Source: an uncultured Candidatus Actinomarina sp.
GTDB lineage: Bacteria > Actinomycetota > Acidimicrobiia > Actinomarinales > Actinomarinaceae
Direction: 5' to 3'
DNA length: 64,000 bases
Assembly: GCA_902555985.1 (NCBI GenBank)
Contig: CACDUI010000005.1
Location: 508 to 64,507 of the forward strand
Part shown: positions 23,250 to 32,580 of the stretch, one piece after another
How positions within the stretch are numbered: the stretch's first letter is position 1
Layout: each line of letters opens with the position of its first letter
The notes under the pieces: model-generated
What the model saw: the letters and a program-made list of their open reading frames with translations, nothing else
The model's database searches: none
Told to the model about the DNA's origin: nothing
Program-made: the position numbers and the translations under genes

Positions 23250-23814
23250 AATTTAGCTTCTCTAGATATTTTATTATTACGTCGTACTCAACGTTAACTG
23301 AGCTTTCATTTTTTAAGTATTTAAAATTTGTACGATTGTAAGTTTCGTTTATTACCGCAACTTCAAAATTATCTGCAGATGGAGATACTACTGTTAAAGA
23401 TATTCCGTTTATTGTTATTGAGCCTTTATCAACTAAATATTTTGAAATAGCATCTTTAAATTTAAAAGTCCACATTCCATTTTCTAACTCTGCGATATTT
23501 GTAATTTTAATTGTTGAGTCAACATGACCCTGTACAATATGACCGCTTAAAAAACTATTTAAAGTTGAGGGAAGTTCTAAATTAACGTATCCACAATGGT
23601 CTTTATTTAAAGCAGTTCTACTAAATGTTTCTTCTGATACTTGAAATACTAGATTGTTATTCTCATAATCTGAGAGAGTTAGACAGCAACCATCAATTGC
23701 AATACTTGTACCAAGTTCTAAATTTGAAAATTGTGGATTATCAAATTTAACAACCAACTTATCATTATTTAATTCAACAATTTTGCCTATATCAATAATT
23801 ATTCCAGTAAACAT
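23239..23814 (-). CDS. ribE: Riboflavin synthase alpha chain
   Basis: MFTGII N-terminus, GHIVQGHVD, KGSITINGISLTV. Confidence 0.95.
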   Translation of the reverse strand: MFTGIIIDIGKIVELNNDKLVVKFDNPQFSNLELGTSIAIDGCCLTLSDYENNNLVFQVSEETFSRTALNKDHCGYVNLELPSTLNSFLSGHIVQGHVDSTIKITNIAELENGMWTFKFKDAISKYLVDKGSITINGISLTVVSPSADNFEVAVINETYNRTNFKYLKNESSVNVEYDVIIKYLEKLNYDN

Positions 23815-24851
23815 TAAATATAAGTATATGTTGTTAATTGGTTATCTTTAAGAGGAAATTTATTAATTACTTTATATTCATTGTTTAATTTACTTAATAT
23901 TGGATCAGATAACGGGTAACCGTTATTTATTTTTTTACTACTTTTAAACCAGTAAAAATTGTCATATTTCACATTGTTTAGAAGAAATTTGTGTAAGTAG
24001 TTACCACCTTCAACTAACACGGAGTTTATCTTTAATTCTGAATATATATTGTTAAGATTAAAATCATCATTTAGTAATGGGTAAACATTAGATGCTGAGT
24101 GATTAAATGATGTTAAGAATATAAAATCATGATATATGTCGATATATTTTTCTATATTCTTAACATCTGATCCCCAGAAAACTATTTTCATTGGAGTAAC
24201 ATTTGTAACGTCTGAATTACGTATATTTAATTTAGGTGAATCAGTGATTAGAGTATTTTTACCTATGGCTATACCATCTACAGTAGCTCGCAAATAGTGA
24301 GTTACTGACAAAGAGATTTCGTTTGTAATGTATTTATCTATTGAATTATTTTCATATATAAAATTATTATCAGATGTCGCAATTTTTCCTATGATTGTTG
24401 GCTTAACAATTGATAATTTTTGATTTTTATAATGTGGATTAATAAATAGGTTTGCATTTTTTTCAAATGATATATTTACATTATTTTTCTTTAATAATTC
24501 AATACTTTTACCATTTGTCCTAATATCTATATCAATATCTCCTATAACTATATTTTTAATTTGAGTTTTTAGAAGTTCAGCACAACATGATGGCGAACTA
24601 TCAGTATGAAAACATGGCTCAAGCGTTACGTACAATGTGTCTTCTTCAGTTATAACTGAATTATTTATAATTTCAATTTCTGCATGGTTTGTGCCCGGTC
24701 CATGATGGACGCCAGTGCTTTTAATATTTCCATATTTATCTACAAGTACTGCCCCAACTTTAGGGTTTGGGAAAGTCTGAGTATTTAAAGCTGCTATTAT
24801 TGCTTCTTGCATATAGATTGAGTAATTAATATATGTAAGAGATTTATCCAA
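23814..24851 (-). CDS. ribD: Riboflavin biosynthesis deaminase/reductase
   Basis: PNPKVGAV, HAE, TLEPC...C, VLVEGG motifs; TTG at 24851 follows an AGGAGG SD (ORF track starts at 24881). Confidence 0.9.
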   Translation of the reverse strand: MDKSLTYINYSIYMQEAIIAALNTQTFPNPKVGAVLVDKYGNIKSTGVHHGPGTNHAEIEIINNSVITEEDTLYVTLEPCFHTDSSPSCCAELLKTQIKNIVIGDIDIDIRTNGKSIELLKKNNVNISFEKNANLFINPHYKNQKLSIVKPTIIGKIATSDNNFIYENNSIDKYITNEISLSVTHYLRATVDGIAIGKNTLITDSPKLNIRNSDVTNVTPMKIVFWGSDVKNIEKYIDIYHDFIFLTSFNHSASNVYPLLNDDFNLNNIYSELKINSVLVEGGNYLHKFLLNNVKYDNFYWFKSSKKINNGYPLSDPILSKLNNEYKVINKFPLKDNQLTTYTYI

Positions 24852-25431
24852 AAATTGCTCCTCCTTGAACAGCAATATCAACTCCTAGATCTTCATAGTC
24901 AGTTAAGTCAGTATCTTTTATACCTCCATCAAGAATTAAGATACCATCATAATCTGGAAAGATTGTTACAAATTCTTTAGCTTTATCTAATAATGAGATG
25001 ACTTTAGATTGATTTGAGAATCCAGGGTTAACTCCTAGTAATAAAACTCCAGCTGCTTGGGGTAAGTATTCTTTAAGATTTAAATTGGATGTAGAAGGCA
25101 AGGAAGCAATGCCCATAAATTTATGCTTTTCACTTAACTTATAAAAATTTTCAACAGAAATTGATTCACTATGAACGGTAACAAAATCTGCACCATTCTC
25201 GAAAGCTACATCAGTATACTTTACATTATCTTCAATCATTAGATGAACATCAATGTAGTAGTCGGTTGCTTGCTTGAGCTGTTTAATAATCTTATATGAC
25301 ATGCTTATATTATCGGCAAAATGTCCATCAGTTATATCTATATGCAGTTGATGAAATTTATCATTGTTATTATTTATATCTTCAAGAAGATTAAGTTGAT
25401 TTGCAGCTTGTACACTTGCAGATATTTTCAT
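24844..25431 (-). CDS. rpe: Ribulose-phosphate 3-epimerase
   Basis: HIDITDGHF, DVHLMI, V.PGF, DGGI motifs. Confidence 0.92.
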   Translation of the reverse strand: MKISASVQAANQLNLLEDINNNNDKFHQLHIDITDGHFADNISMSYKIIKQLKQATDYYIDVHLMIEDNVKYTDVAFENGADFVTVHSESISVENFYKLSEKHKFMGIASLPSTSNLNLKEYLPQAAGVLLLGVNPGFSNQSKVISLLDKAKEFVTIFPDYDGILILDGGIKDTDLTDYEDLGVDIAVQGGAIFG

Positions 25432-26243
25432 TTAATACCTCTTATATAATCAGGAAATAGCATTTTGTTCTTTCCCTCAGGAGTTACATATTCTGGATAA
25501 AGCACACCCTCTTTAAACATTATACCTTCAGAATCTTCAACATTTGAGTAAGAATGTATCTTTAAAATTTTATCTCTATAGATTGTATACGCTGGTCCTA
25601 ATACGTTAAAAGCTCTAATTTTAATTTTGGATTTATTTAAGTTATCGTTGAGAATACTAAAATCAGATTTGGAAAATTTACTTGTTAAAGAGCCTGTACC
25701 AGTTTGTTTTGTGCCATCAGAATAAAAATCCATTGAATTATAACTTTTATTAAAAACCTGAGATAGTTTTTCGTAAAGATCAGACGCATAGTCGTTACTT
25801 CCTACATAAATTTGTTCTTGATATACAATTTTTCCAGTATCTATAGATTCATTAACTTCGAATACAGAAATTCCAGATATAGTAAAATTATTTAAAATAG
25901 TAAATTCAACCGGTGAAGGTCCTCTAAGTTCAGGTAATAGACTTAAATGGATATTGAATATTTTATTATTATTCTTAAGAAAATTTGGATTGAAGATTTT
26001 TGAAAAACTAGCACTTATACCAAAAATCATATCATCATATTTGTCATTACTTTTGTAGTAATAGAATTCAATGTCATTATTTAAACAGTATTCTTCAACT
26101 GCATTCAATATAAATTTCTTCCCTCGACCTTTCTGAATAGGTGGAGTGGTTACAACTTTTATATTTTTATCACTATTAAATATTGTTGTTAGATAAGGTA
26201 TGCTTCTTGAATCTGAACCAAAAAAATATTTATATTTTGTCAC
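25428..26243 (-). CDS. fmt: Methionyl-tRNA formyltransferase
   Basis: VVT.P...GRG, NIHLSLLP.LRG.SP, DTG motifs; follows def. Confidence 0.9.
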   Translation of the reverse strand: MTKYKYFFGSDSRSIPYLTTIFNSDKNIKVVTTPPIQKGRGKKFILNAVEEYCLNNDIEFYYYKSNDKYDDMIFGISASFSKIFNPNFLKNNNKIFNIHLSLLPELRGPSPVEFTILNNFTISGISVFEVNESIDTGKIVYQEQIYVGSNDYASDLYEKLSQVFNKSYNSMDFYSDGTKQTGTGSLTSKFSKSDFSILNDNLNKSKIKIRAFNVLGPAYTIYRDKILKIHSYSNVEDSEGIMFKEGVLYPEYVTPEGKNKMLFPDYIRGIK

Positions 26244-26724
26244 CTGGAAATCCTTTTATAGATATTTCTTTCATTGCTTCTTTTCTAATTTTTCTTTTAA
26301 GTTGTTTCAATAATAGGTGTCCTTGTAAATGATCATATTCATGTTGTAGAACTCTTCCTAAAAGATCTTCTCCTTCGTATATTACTTCTTCACCTTTTTC
26401 ATTTATACAGGATACTTTTGCATATTCATGTCTTTCAATATCCCAGTAATAACCAGGAAGAGAAAGACACCCTTCCATAAAAATAATTGAACCTTGAAGA
26501 TCTTCTATTTTTGGATTTATAGCTACCTTAGGGCCATCCCCTGCATCAAATACAAATAAATTCTTATTAATACCTATTTGAGGTGCAGCTAACCCAACAC
26601 CAGGCGCTTCATACATAATGTCAATCATTCTTTTTGCAAGGGAAACAATATATTCATCGATGTGTTCTATATTTTCAGATTTCATGTTTAATGCTGGATG
26701 ACCAAATGTCACAATATCATTCAT
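26230..26724 (-). CDS. def: Peptide deformylase
   Basis: GVGLAAPQIG, EGCLS, QHEYDHLQG motifs. Confidence 0.97.
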   Translation of the reverse strand: MNDIVTFGHPALNMKSENIEHIDEYIVSLAKRMIDIMYEAPGVGLAAPQIGINKNLFVFDAGDGPKVAINPKIEDLQGSIIFMEGCLSLPGYYWDIERHEYAKVSCINEKGEEVIYEGEDLLGRVLQHEYDHLQGHLLLKQLKRKIRKEAMKEISIKGFPGDKI

Positions 26725-28067
26725 TAAATAAACCTAGCTCTATTTAAATCATAATTTTTAAGATCTTTATACATATTCATAATTTCTAAATAATCATAAC
26801 TTTTTTGTAAATCTATATTAATTTCATATAAATAACCATCGTCTTTCTCAATTGGTCCTTTAACAAGGTTTTTATTTATATTTTTTAACGGATTTTTACT
26901 AATAAACGTAAATATTTTATTTAATAAGCTGGGTCCATATTTTGATCTTGTTTCTTGTTCTTTTTTAATCCATTTATTTATATTTTTACTATTTAAAACT
27001 TTATTAATATTTATTTCATTAGTTGAAAATATAATCGTCTTTATATTGTAAGTTTTAGCATGGTTCAATATGGATAAAAGATATATAACTTTATAAGAAT
27101 TAATAATATTATTTGTTACTAAAGTTGGGTTTATAAGCAAAATAGCCTCTATTTTTGTATCCGTTACTTTATCTGCATATGTAAATATATCTGTTTGAGT
27201 TAAGGGACTGTTTGAATATACGTTAAGTACTTTATCAGGGTTTTTATATGAGAACAAATTAATACAATCTTCAATAGAATTTTCAATATAATATTCTAAT
27301 TCATAATTATGATCGCCTTTATATTCAAACGGTTGATTGTAAAATTCTAAATTTGGAAATTCATTAATAAAAAAAAATGATCCACCAAATATATTCTGCT
27401 TAAGATGAGCTGCTTCTGTAATGTTTAGATTATTTAATTTTGGCAATCTCCATGCTGGATGATTTGAATCATAAAAATAGTAATTTGTATTTTGTTCTAA
27501 ATTAATCTTTTCAAAATTTGTATTAAGTAAGATAATGTTTTTAAATTTTTTACTTAATATATTAGTAATCTCATCTTTACCACCAAATTTTTGATAAAAG
27601 TCAATATTTGTAATTTTAGATAATTGGTTATTTAAATTTTTGGCAATTTTAAGGGAAGGAACAAAAAATACATTATTCCTATTTGTGTCTATATTTTTTA
27701 AATTAGCGAAGGGTATGTTTTTTATCATTTTATTATTCATTACTTTTTGATTTTTATAATTTGAAATGTCAAATAAATTATAAAGAATAATACCAATATT
27801 CAACTTATTAGATATCGCCAGCTGTTTAAGGTAATCTAAATGCTTTCCATTTAACGTAATACCTAAATATTTGTTTATTTCTTTTACATTCAAAATGTCA
27901 GTTTTATCAGTAAGAGACAAAACAATACCTTTGTAATCTTTGTTTCTAAATGGAACACTAACTATTGATCCAATACTTATTTTATCTGTTACATTATTAG
28001 GAACTTTGTAGGTAAATAAATTATTTGTATATGTATTGTTTGAGATTACTTCAATATCAACATACAT
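26724..28067 (-). CDS. priA: Degenerate primosomal protein N' (PriA): 3'-DNA-binding domain retained, helicase motifs and Zn region not recognisable
   Basis: FTYKVP...IGSIVSVPFRNK...GIV N-terminal domain; position between coaBC and def; only 447 aa. Confidence 0.65.
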   Translation of the reverse strand: MYVDIEVISNNTYTNNLFTYKVPNNVTDKISIGSIVSVPFRNKDYKGIVLSLTDKTDILNVKEINKYLGITLNGKHLDYLKQLAISNKLNIGIILYNLFDISNYKNQKVMNNKMIKNIPFANLKNIDTNRNNVFFVPSLKIAKNLNNQLSKITNIDFYQKFGGKDEITNILSKKFKNIILLNTNFEKINLEQNTNYYFYDSNHPAWRLPKLNNLNITEAAHLKQNIFGGSFFFINEFPNLEFYNQPFEYKGDHNYELEYYIENSIEDCINLFSYKNPDKVLNVYSNSPLTQTDIFTYADKVTDTKIEAILLINPTLVTNNIINSYKVIYLLSILNHAKTYNIKTIIFSTNEININKVLNSKNINKWIKKEQETRSKYGPSLLNKIFTFISKNPLKNINKNLVKGPIEKDDGYLYEINIDLQKSYDYLEIMNMYKDLKNYDLNRARFI

Positions 28068-28068
28068 A

Positions 28069-29181
28069 TCAATACTCTAAAGTTGTAAGTATCGCCTCAG
28101 CAATATCATGCTTGTCTAAAGTATCGGATTTATAAATTAATTCTTCACTATTTATAATAGATATTTTATTAGTGTCACTACCAAATTCATTTTCTAGAAT
28201 GTTATTAATAACTAGATAATCTACATTTTTTGATTTAATCTTCTTAAAGTTTAACTCATCATCAACTTGTGCAGAGAAAGCTATACATTGAATATTTGGG
28301 TAATTAGATTTTATAGATGCAATAACATCATTATTAGGGATAAGTTCTAGATTTATTTTTCCACTATTTCTACTAATTTTTCCATCACTTTTATTAATAG
28401 TGAAGTCTGAAACTGCAGCTGTCATAAATATAGACATAGTATCATTAACTTCAGCCACAATAGTTTTATGTAGATCTTCTGAATTTGTAAATGAAATATT
28501 TTGAATACCAGGAATTGTGTTAATCATTTTTGAGTGTACATATACAACTTCGTAGCCCCTTGCAGTTAATTCAATTGCAATTGACCTACCTTGCTTACCT
28601 GATGAATTATTTGTAATTACTTTTACATCATCAATAGGTTCTGTTGTTGGGCCAGAAGTCACAATAATTTTTCCTCTTACCTTATTAATTCTATCTTTCA
28701 ATTCATTCGGTTCTATTAATCTACCTAATCCTCGGTCACCAATGTCAAGATTTCCATAGCGAGGACCTACAATATAATTGCTCTTTGAAAGATTATTTAT
28801 ATTTATATTTATTTGATCATTTATATACATCTCTTCATGCATAGCTGGACATATATACATTGGTTTTGGAAACATAAGGATTGTAGAAGTTAATAAATCA
28901 TCAGCTATTCCTGCTGAAATTTTTGATATAAGGTTTGCAGAAGCGGGATATATAATAAATTCATCAGCCCATCTTGAAAGTTCTATATGAGGTGAACCTG
29001 GTAAATCTTCCCATTCGGAATATACATTGTGAGTATTTAAAAAATCTTTAGATAAATATTTCAATCCATTGAAGGTTGCAAGTATCTTAAAGTTAAAATC
29101 TTTTGAATACTGGTCTATGAATGTTTCAGCTTTTGAACATGCAATACTACCTGTTACACCAAGTAGTATATTTTTTTTCAT
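28069..29181 (-). CDS. coaBC: Phosphopantothenoylcysteine decarboxylase/ligase
   Basis: LGVTGSIA, PASAN, PAMH, VTSGPT.E.ID.V..I.N.SSGKQG, AAVSDF motifs. Confidence 0.95.
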   Translation of the reverse strand: MKKNILLGVTGSIACSKAETFIDQYSKDFNFKILATFNGLKYLSKDFLNTHNVYSEWEDLPGSPHIELSRWADEFIIYPASANLISKISAGIADDLLTSTILMFPKPMYICPAMHEEMYINDQINININNLSKSNYIVGPRYGNLDIGDRGLGRLIEPNELKDRINKVRGKIIVTSGPTTEPIDDVKVITNNSSGKQGRSIAIELTARGYEVVYVHSKMINTIPGIQNISFTNSEDLHKTIVAEVNDTMSIFMTAAVSDFTINKSDGKISRNSGKINLELIPNNDVIASIKSNYPNIQCIAFSAQVDDELNFKKIKSKNVDYLVINNILENEFGSDTNKISIINSEELIYKSDTLDKHDIAEAILTTLEY

Positions 29182-29408
29182 TAATCTTGGTCTGAAACTT
29201 CGACCTTTCCTGCTGCGATTTCTTCAAAAGCAACAGTTAGAGGTTTTCTGCTTAAACTTTGAACTTGAGGAGGTGTATATGCTCCGATACCCTCACCTAG
29301 TTGATTAAAGTATGAATTTATATTTCTAGCTCTTCGTGCTGCTGTAATAACTAAAGCAAATCTTCCTGGTGTTTCTTTTAATAAATCTTCAATAGGTGGT
29401 TTTATCAT
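29181..29408 (-). CDS. rpoZ: RNA polymerase omega subunit
   Basis: PPIEDLL, ALVI.AARRAR.IN.Y, KPL.VAFEEI (actinobacterial type). Confidence 0.95.
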   Translation of the reverse strand: MIKPPIEDLLKETPGRFALVITAARRARNINSYFNQLGEGIGAYTPPQVQSLSRKPLTVAFEEIAAGKVEVSDQD

Positions 29409-29938
29409 GATTCCTCCAATGAATATATTATATCAAGTATGTGATTAACGGAAGTATTTATATCTACATTGTCTACATGGTATTGATATTGTGATTTCTT
29501 CTCTCTCTGTTGTGTAGCCAATTTCATTCTTTTATTTATAAAATCGTTATCATGACCTCGATTTTTTAACCTATTTATTAACTCATTATCATCAATATCA
29601 ATAAAAATACCTATAAAATCGTCATTTTGACTTAATAGTTTTGTTGCACCATTTACTTCTAGATCCAATAAAATTATATTGCTTTCTTTCAACAATTCTT
29701 TTTTACTAGTCCCATAACAAAATCCACCATATTGCTCATATTCAATCATTAAATCATCATTTATTAATGAATTAAACTCATCGTTACTGATAAAGTAATA
29801 ATCTTTACCGTCAACTTCACCTTCACGCTGAGGTCTAGTTGTGTGAGATACTGAAAAATAAAAATCTAAATCTGTTGACATAGCTTCAATAATTGTATTT
29901 TTTCCTACACCTGATGGACCTGTAATTATGTATATCAT
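29405..29938 (-). CDS. gmk: Guanylate kinase
   Basis: GPSGVGK, SVSHTTR..R.GE.DGKDYYF, YGT motifs. Confidence 0.96.
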   Translation of the reverse strand: MIYIITGPSGVGKNTIIEAMSTDLDFYFSVSHTTRPQREGEVDGKDYYFISNDEFNSLINDDLMIEYEQYGGFCYGTSKKELLKESNIILLDLEVNGATKLLSQNDDFIGIFIDIDDNELINRLKNRGHDNDFINKRMKLATQQREKKSQYQYHVDNVDINTSVNHILDIIYSLEES

Positions 29939-30217
29939 TTAATTTTTAATATATTCAATTATTAATTTAATTTGCTTTTTATCTATATCTGTAAACCTAC
30001 TATTTTCATCTAGGTTTATTGAAGAAAGAAACTTTGCAGTTGCAACTTTCCCAATATCACCTGTACTTGTAAGATATTTGTGTACTCTAATCGATTGTAA
30101 GTTAATATTTTCGCATGTATTTAAAATATCTTCTTCAGTTAAATTTAAAGGATTAAATGAATTTATAAAAATATCTCTTTCACTCTTAATATTTTGAATT
30201 TCTTTATAAAGGTTCAT
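29939..30217 (-). CDS. mihF: Actinobacterial integration host factor (mIHF/sIHF)-like protein, divergent
   Basis: IRV..YL....DIGKVA....L..I.L.E..R...I...Q resembles the mIHF H2TH core; lies immediately upstream of gmk. Confidence 0.6.
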   Translation of the reverse strand: MNLYKEIQNIKSERDIFINSFNPLNLTEEDILNTCENINLQSIRVHKYLTSTGDIGKVATAKFLSSINLDENSRFTDIDKKQIKLIIEYIKN

Positions 30218-30584
30218 TATTTTTACTTATATTATCTAGGATAGCATTTACAAATTTAGCACCATCTGATGATCCATGTTTATCAGTTAATTTAGTCCAT
30301 TCTGAAAGTATTACCTTAATAGGTGTTAAATTCATCATTATTTCTGAGATACCAAGAATAAGTGAAGTTTTTTCTGTTTTTCCTATTCTATCAATACTCC
30401 AGTTGTGCGAATGCCCTTGCATTAACTTAATAATTTCATCAAAATTATCACGGGTATTTTTTAATAATTGTTCAGCTCTAACAAGCTGATTATCTGAAAG
30501 ATCGTTATCTACAAGTACACAAGAGTCAATATCTTCGTTTGAAAAAAGGGATATAAGACAATAATGTCTGAAATCAAATTTCAT
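30204..30584 (-). CDS. nusB: Transcription antitermination factor NusB
   Basis: W.IDRI, TP.KVI.SE...L, FVNAILD motifs; follows efp. Confidence 0.85.
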   Translation of the reverse strand: MKFDFRHYCLISLFSNEDIDSCVLVDNDLSDNQLVRAEQLLKNTRDNFDEIIKLMQGHSHNWSIDRIGKTEKTSLILGISEIMMNLTPIKVILSEWTKLTDKHGSSDGAKFVNAILDNISKNNEPL

Positions 30585-31138
30585 GCTCTGGTAATGTAAG
30601 CTTGAGTTTTTGAATCAATTTTTATTAAATCATCTTCGTTAATAAACATCGGTACTTGTAAAGTAAAGCCTGTTTCACATGTAACTTCTTTAGTTGAAGA
30701 ATTTACGGAGTCTCCTTTGACGGCTGGTTCAGATTTTGTAACTTTTAGTGTTATTGTTGTTGGGAGTATTATGTCGATTGGGTTATTATCAAACATTGCA
30801 ATTGTAACTTCTTCATTTGGCTTTAATAATATTTCCTGTCCATTTAAAATATTTTTATTTAAAGATATTTGTTCGTAAGTTTCATTGTTCATGAAATAAT
30901 ATTCATCAGTTTCATTATATAAAAATTGAAACGATTGTTTGTCAATGAATGCTTGTTGTACGTCTTCGTCTGCCCTAAAAGTTTTCTCAATTTGACCACC
31001 ATTTGTTAAATTTTTCAATTTTGTTTTAACAAAAGCTTTCCCTTTACCAGGTTTTACATGTTGATATTCTAAAATTTGGTAAAGAATATTATCAACTAAT
31101 ATTGACTGACCTGGCCTAATGTCGTTAGTAGATACCAT
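30581..31138 (-). CDS. efp: Elongation factor P
   Basis: QHVKPGKGKAFV, P.VKGD, ETG..LQVPMFI motifs. Confidence 0.97.
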   Translation of the reverse strand: MVSTNDIRPGQSILVDNILYQILEYQHVKPGKGKAFVKTKLKNLTNGGQIEKTFRADEDVQQAFIDKQSFQFLYNETDEYYFMNNETYEQISLNKNILNGQEILLKPNEEVTIAMFDNNPIDIILPTTITLKVTKSEPAVKGDSVNSSTKEVTCETGFTLQVPMFINEDDLIKIDSKTQAYITRA

Positions 31139-32217
31139 TATGGGATTACACCTTCTTCTTTAGCTTTATTTTTTAAATTAATAAAGTCTTCATAGTTATT
31201 TGTAAATGTCATTTTTCCATTAATGTCTGTTAATAGATAGTATATAAAATCATTTTCAGGAGTGTCGAATATTGCCTGCATAGCTTTTTCGCCAAAACCA
31301 GAAATAGGTGTGGGCGGTAACCCTGTAAATTTATAGATATTATATGGACTATCGACTTGTAAATCGATTAATAAAACTTGAGACTTCCTCTTCTGAAGTG
31401 CATAAAGCACAGCCGCATCAATTTGTAATAACATATTATCGTTTAATCTATTTCTAATGACAGATGATACTAAAGGCCTATCTTCATCAAGTTTTGCTTC
31501 TGCTTCTATTAAGCTTGCTACTGTAAAAAATTCATTTGAATTATTAATCCATTCCGGTACTGAGTAATTAGATAGGAGCAATTCATATCTTTTTTCTAAT
31601 TCGGAAACCATAATTTGTAAAATTTCTTCACCATTTGCCTCTATATCTATTTGATAAGTATTTGGAAACAATAATCCTTCCCAATTTTGAAGTTCTAAAG
31701 CTTCAGTACTATCTAGATAACTACTAGTAACAAGTCCTGAAGTAAGTGAATTTTCTAATTGTAAAACGTCGTAACCTGTTTGTGCAGATAATATTTCAAG
31801 TGTTTCGGAAATCCATAATCCTTCTGGAACAGTAATAGTATAAGTTTTTAGAGGAGGTCCTTTAAGGAGTAGCGCAGTTACTTCTTCAAACGATAAATTA
31901 TTTGGCAATTCGTATGTTCCCGCTCTTAATTTATCTGTTAGGTTTTCATTTCTAAGATATAATTCAAATGCTAATTTAGAAGTTACAATACCTGTGGAAT
32001 CAAGAATACTTGAAATTTCTGATGCTGCTGAGCCTTGTGGTATATTCACTGTTATTACTTCTACTATTCCTTGATTTGAAATTTCGTTAATTTGGTTGCC
32101 TTCAATAGAATCTGCAGTAGAAGTAACAAAATTATATAAAGCGTATATAAATATTAGTGTTGTGACAAGCTGGATTGATGTTCGATTTTTCAGAAATAAA
32201 TTATTCATTTTGTGCAA
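31138..32217 (-). CDS. mltG: Endolytic transglycosylase MltG
   Basis: EGLLFPNTY, ASLIEAE, NRL...MLLQID, SPYN.Y...GLPPTPI motifs; N-terminal TM. Confidence 0.93.
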   Translation of the reverse strand: MHKMNNLFLKNRTSIQLVTTLIFIYALYNFVTSTADSIEGNQINEISNQGIVEVITVNIPQGSAASEISSILDSTGIVTSKLAFELYLRNENLTDKLRAGTYELPNNLSFEEVTALLLKGPPLKTYTITVPEGLWISETLEILSAQTGYDVLQLENSLTSGLVTSSYLDSTEALELQNWEGLLFPNTYQIDIEANGEEILQIMVSELEKRYELLLSNYSVPEWINNSNEFFTVASLIEAEAKLDEDRPLVSSVIRNRLNDNMLLQIDAAVLYALQKRKSQVLLIDLQVDSPYNIYKFTGLPPTPISGFGEKAMQAIFDTPENDFIYYLLTDINGKMTFTNNYEDFINLKNKAKEEGVIP

Positions 32218-32578
32218 TGTAGCTTTCTAATATTGCCAATGCTGAAAGATCATCAATTCTATCACTTTCATTATTTTTAAAAAGTTTAGATGAAAGTCTT
32301 TCATCAATTTTTTGAATCTTTACATTTAAATAAAGTAAATCTTCTATAAAATTGTTTACTAAATTGGTCATTCTATTTTCCGAATTGTTTAGGCCAATTG
32401 GATATCCTATAACTATTTGATTAATTATATATGTATCAATATATTCTTTAATAGTTTTCAAAGTATTATCTTTTTTCCTATCAATAACAGCAACAGGAAT
32501 CGGAATTGTTGTTTTATCAGTTCTTACCGCTAAACCGAGATATCTCTCACCATAATCAATCGATAATATATTGTTCAA
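32201..32578 (-). CDS. ruvX: YqgF/RuvX pre-16S rRNA nuclease
   Basis: IDYG...GLAV, VIGYP, IDERLSS, ID..SA..IL motifs; follows alaS. Confidence 0.92.
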   Translation of the reverse strand: MNNILSIDYGERYLGLAVRTDKTTIPIPVAVIDRKKDNTLKTIKEYIDTYIINQIVIGYPIGLNNSENRMTNLVNNFIEDLLYLNVKIQKIDERLSSKLFKNNESDRIDDLSALAILESYIAQNE

Positions 32579-32580
32579 AA

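Noticed and set aside
23814-24881. FMN riboswitch ahead of the rib genes
   Set aside because: ribD overlaps rpe with no leader space, and no RFN consensus is seen.
32201-32578. RuvX as the substitute Holliday junction resolvase
   Set aside because: YqgF/RuvX is near-universal beside alaS and mainly linked to pre-16S processing; its presence does not explain the ruvCAB gap, although a backup role cannot be excluded.
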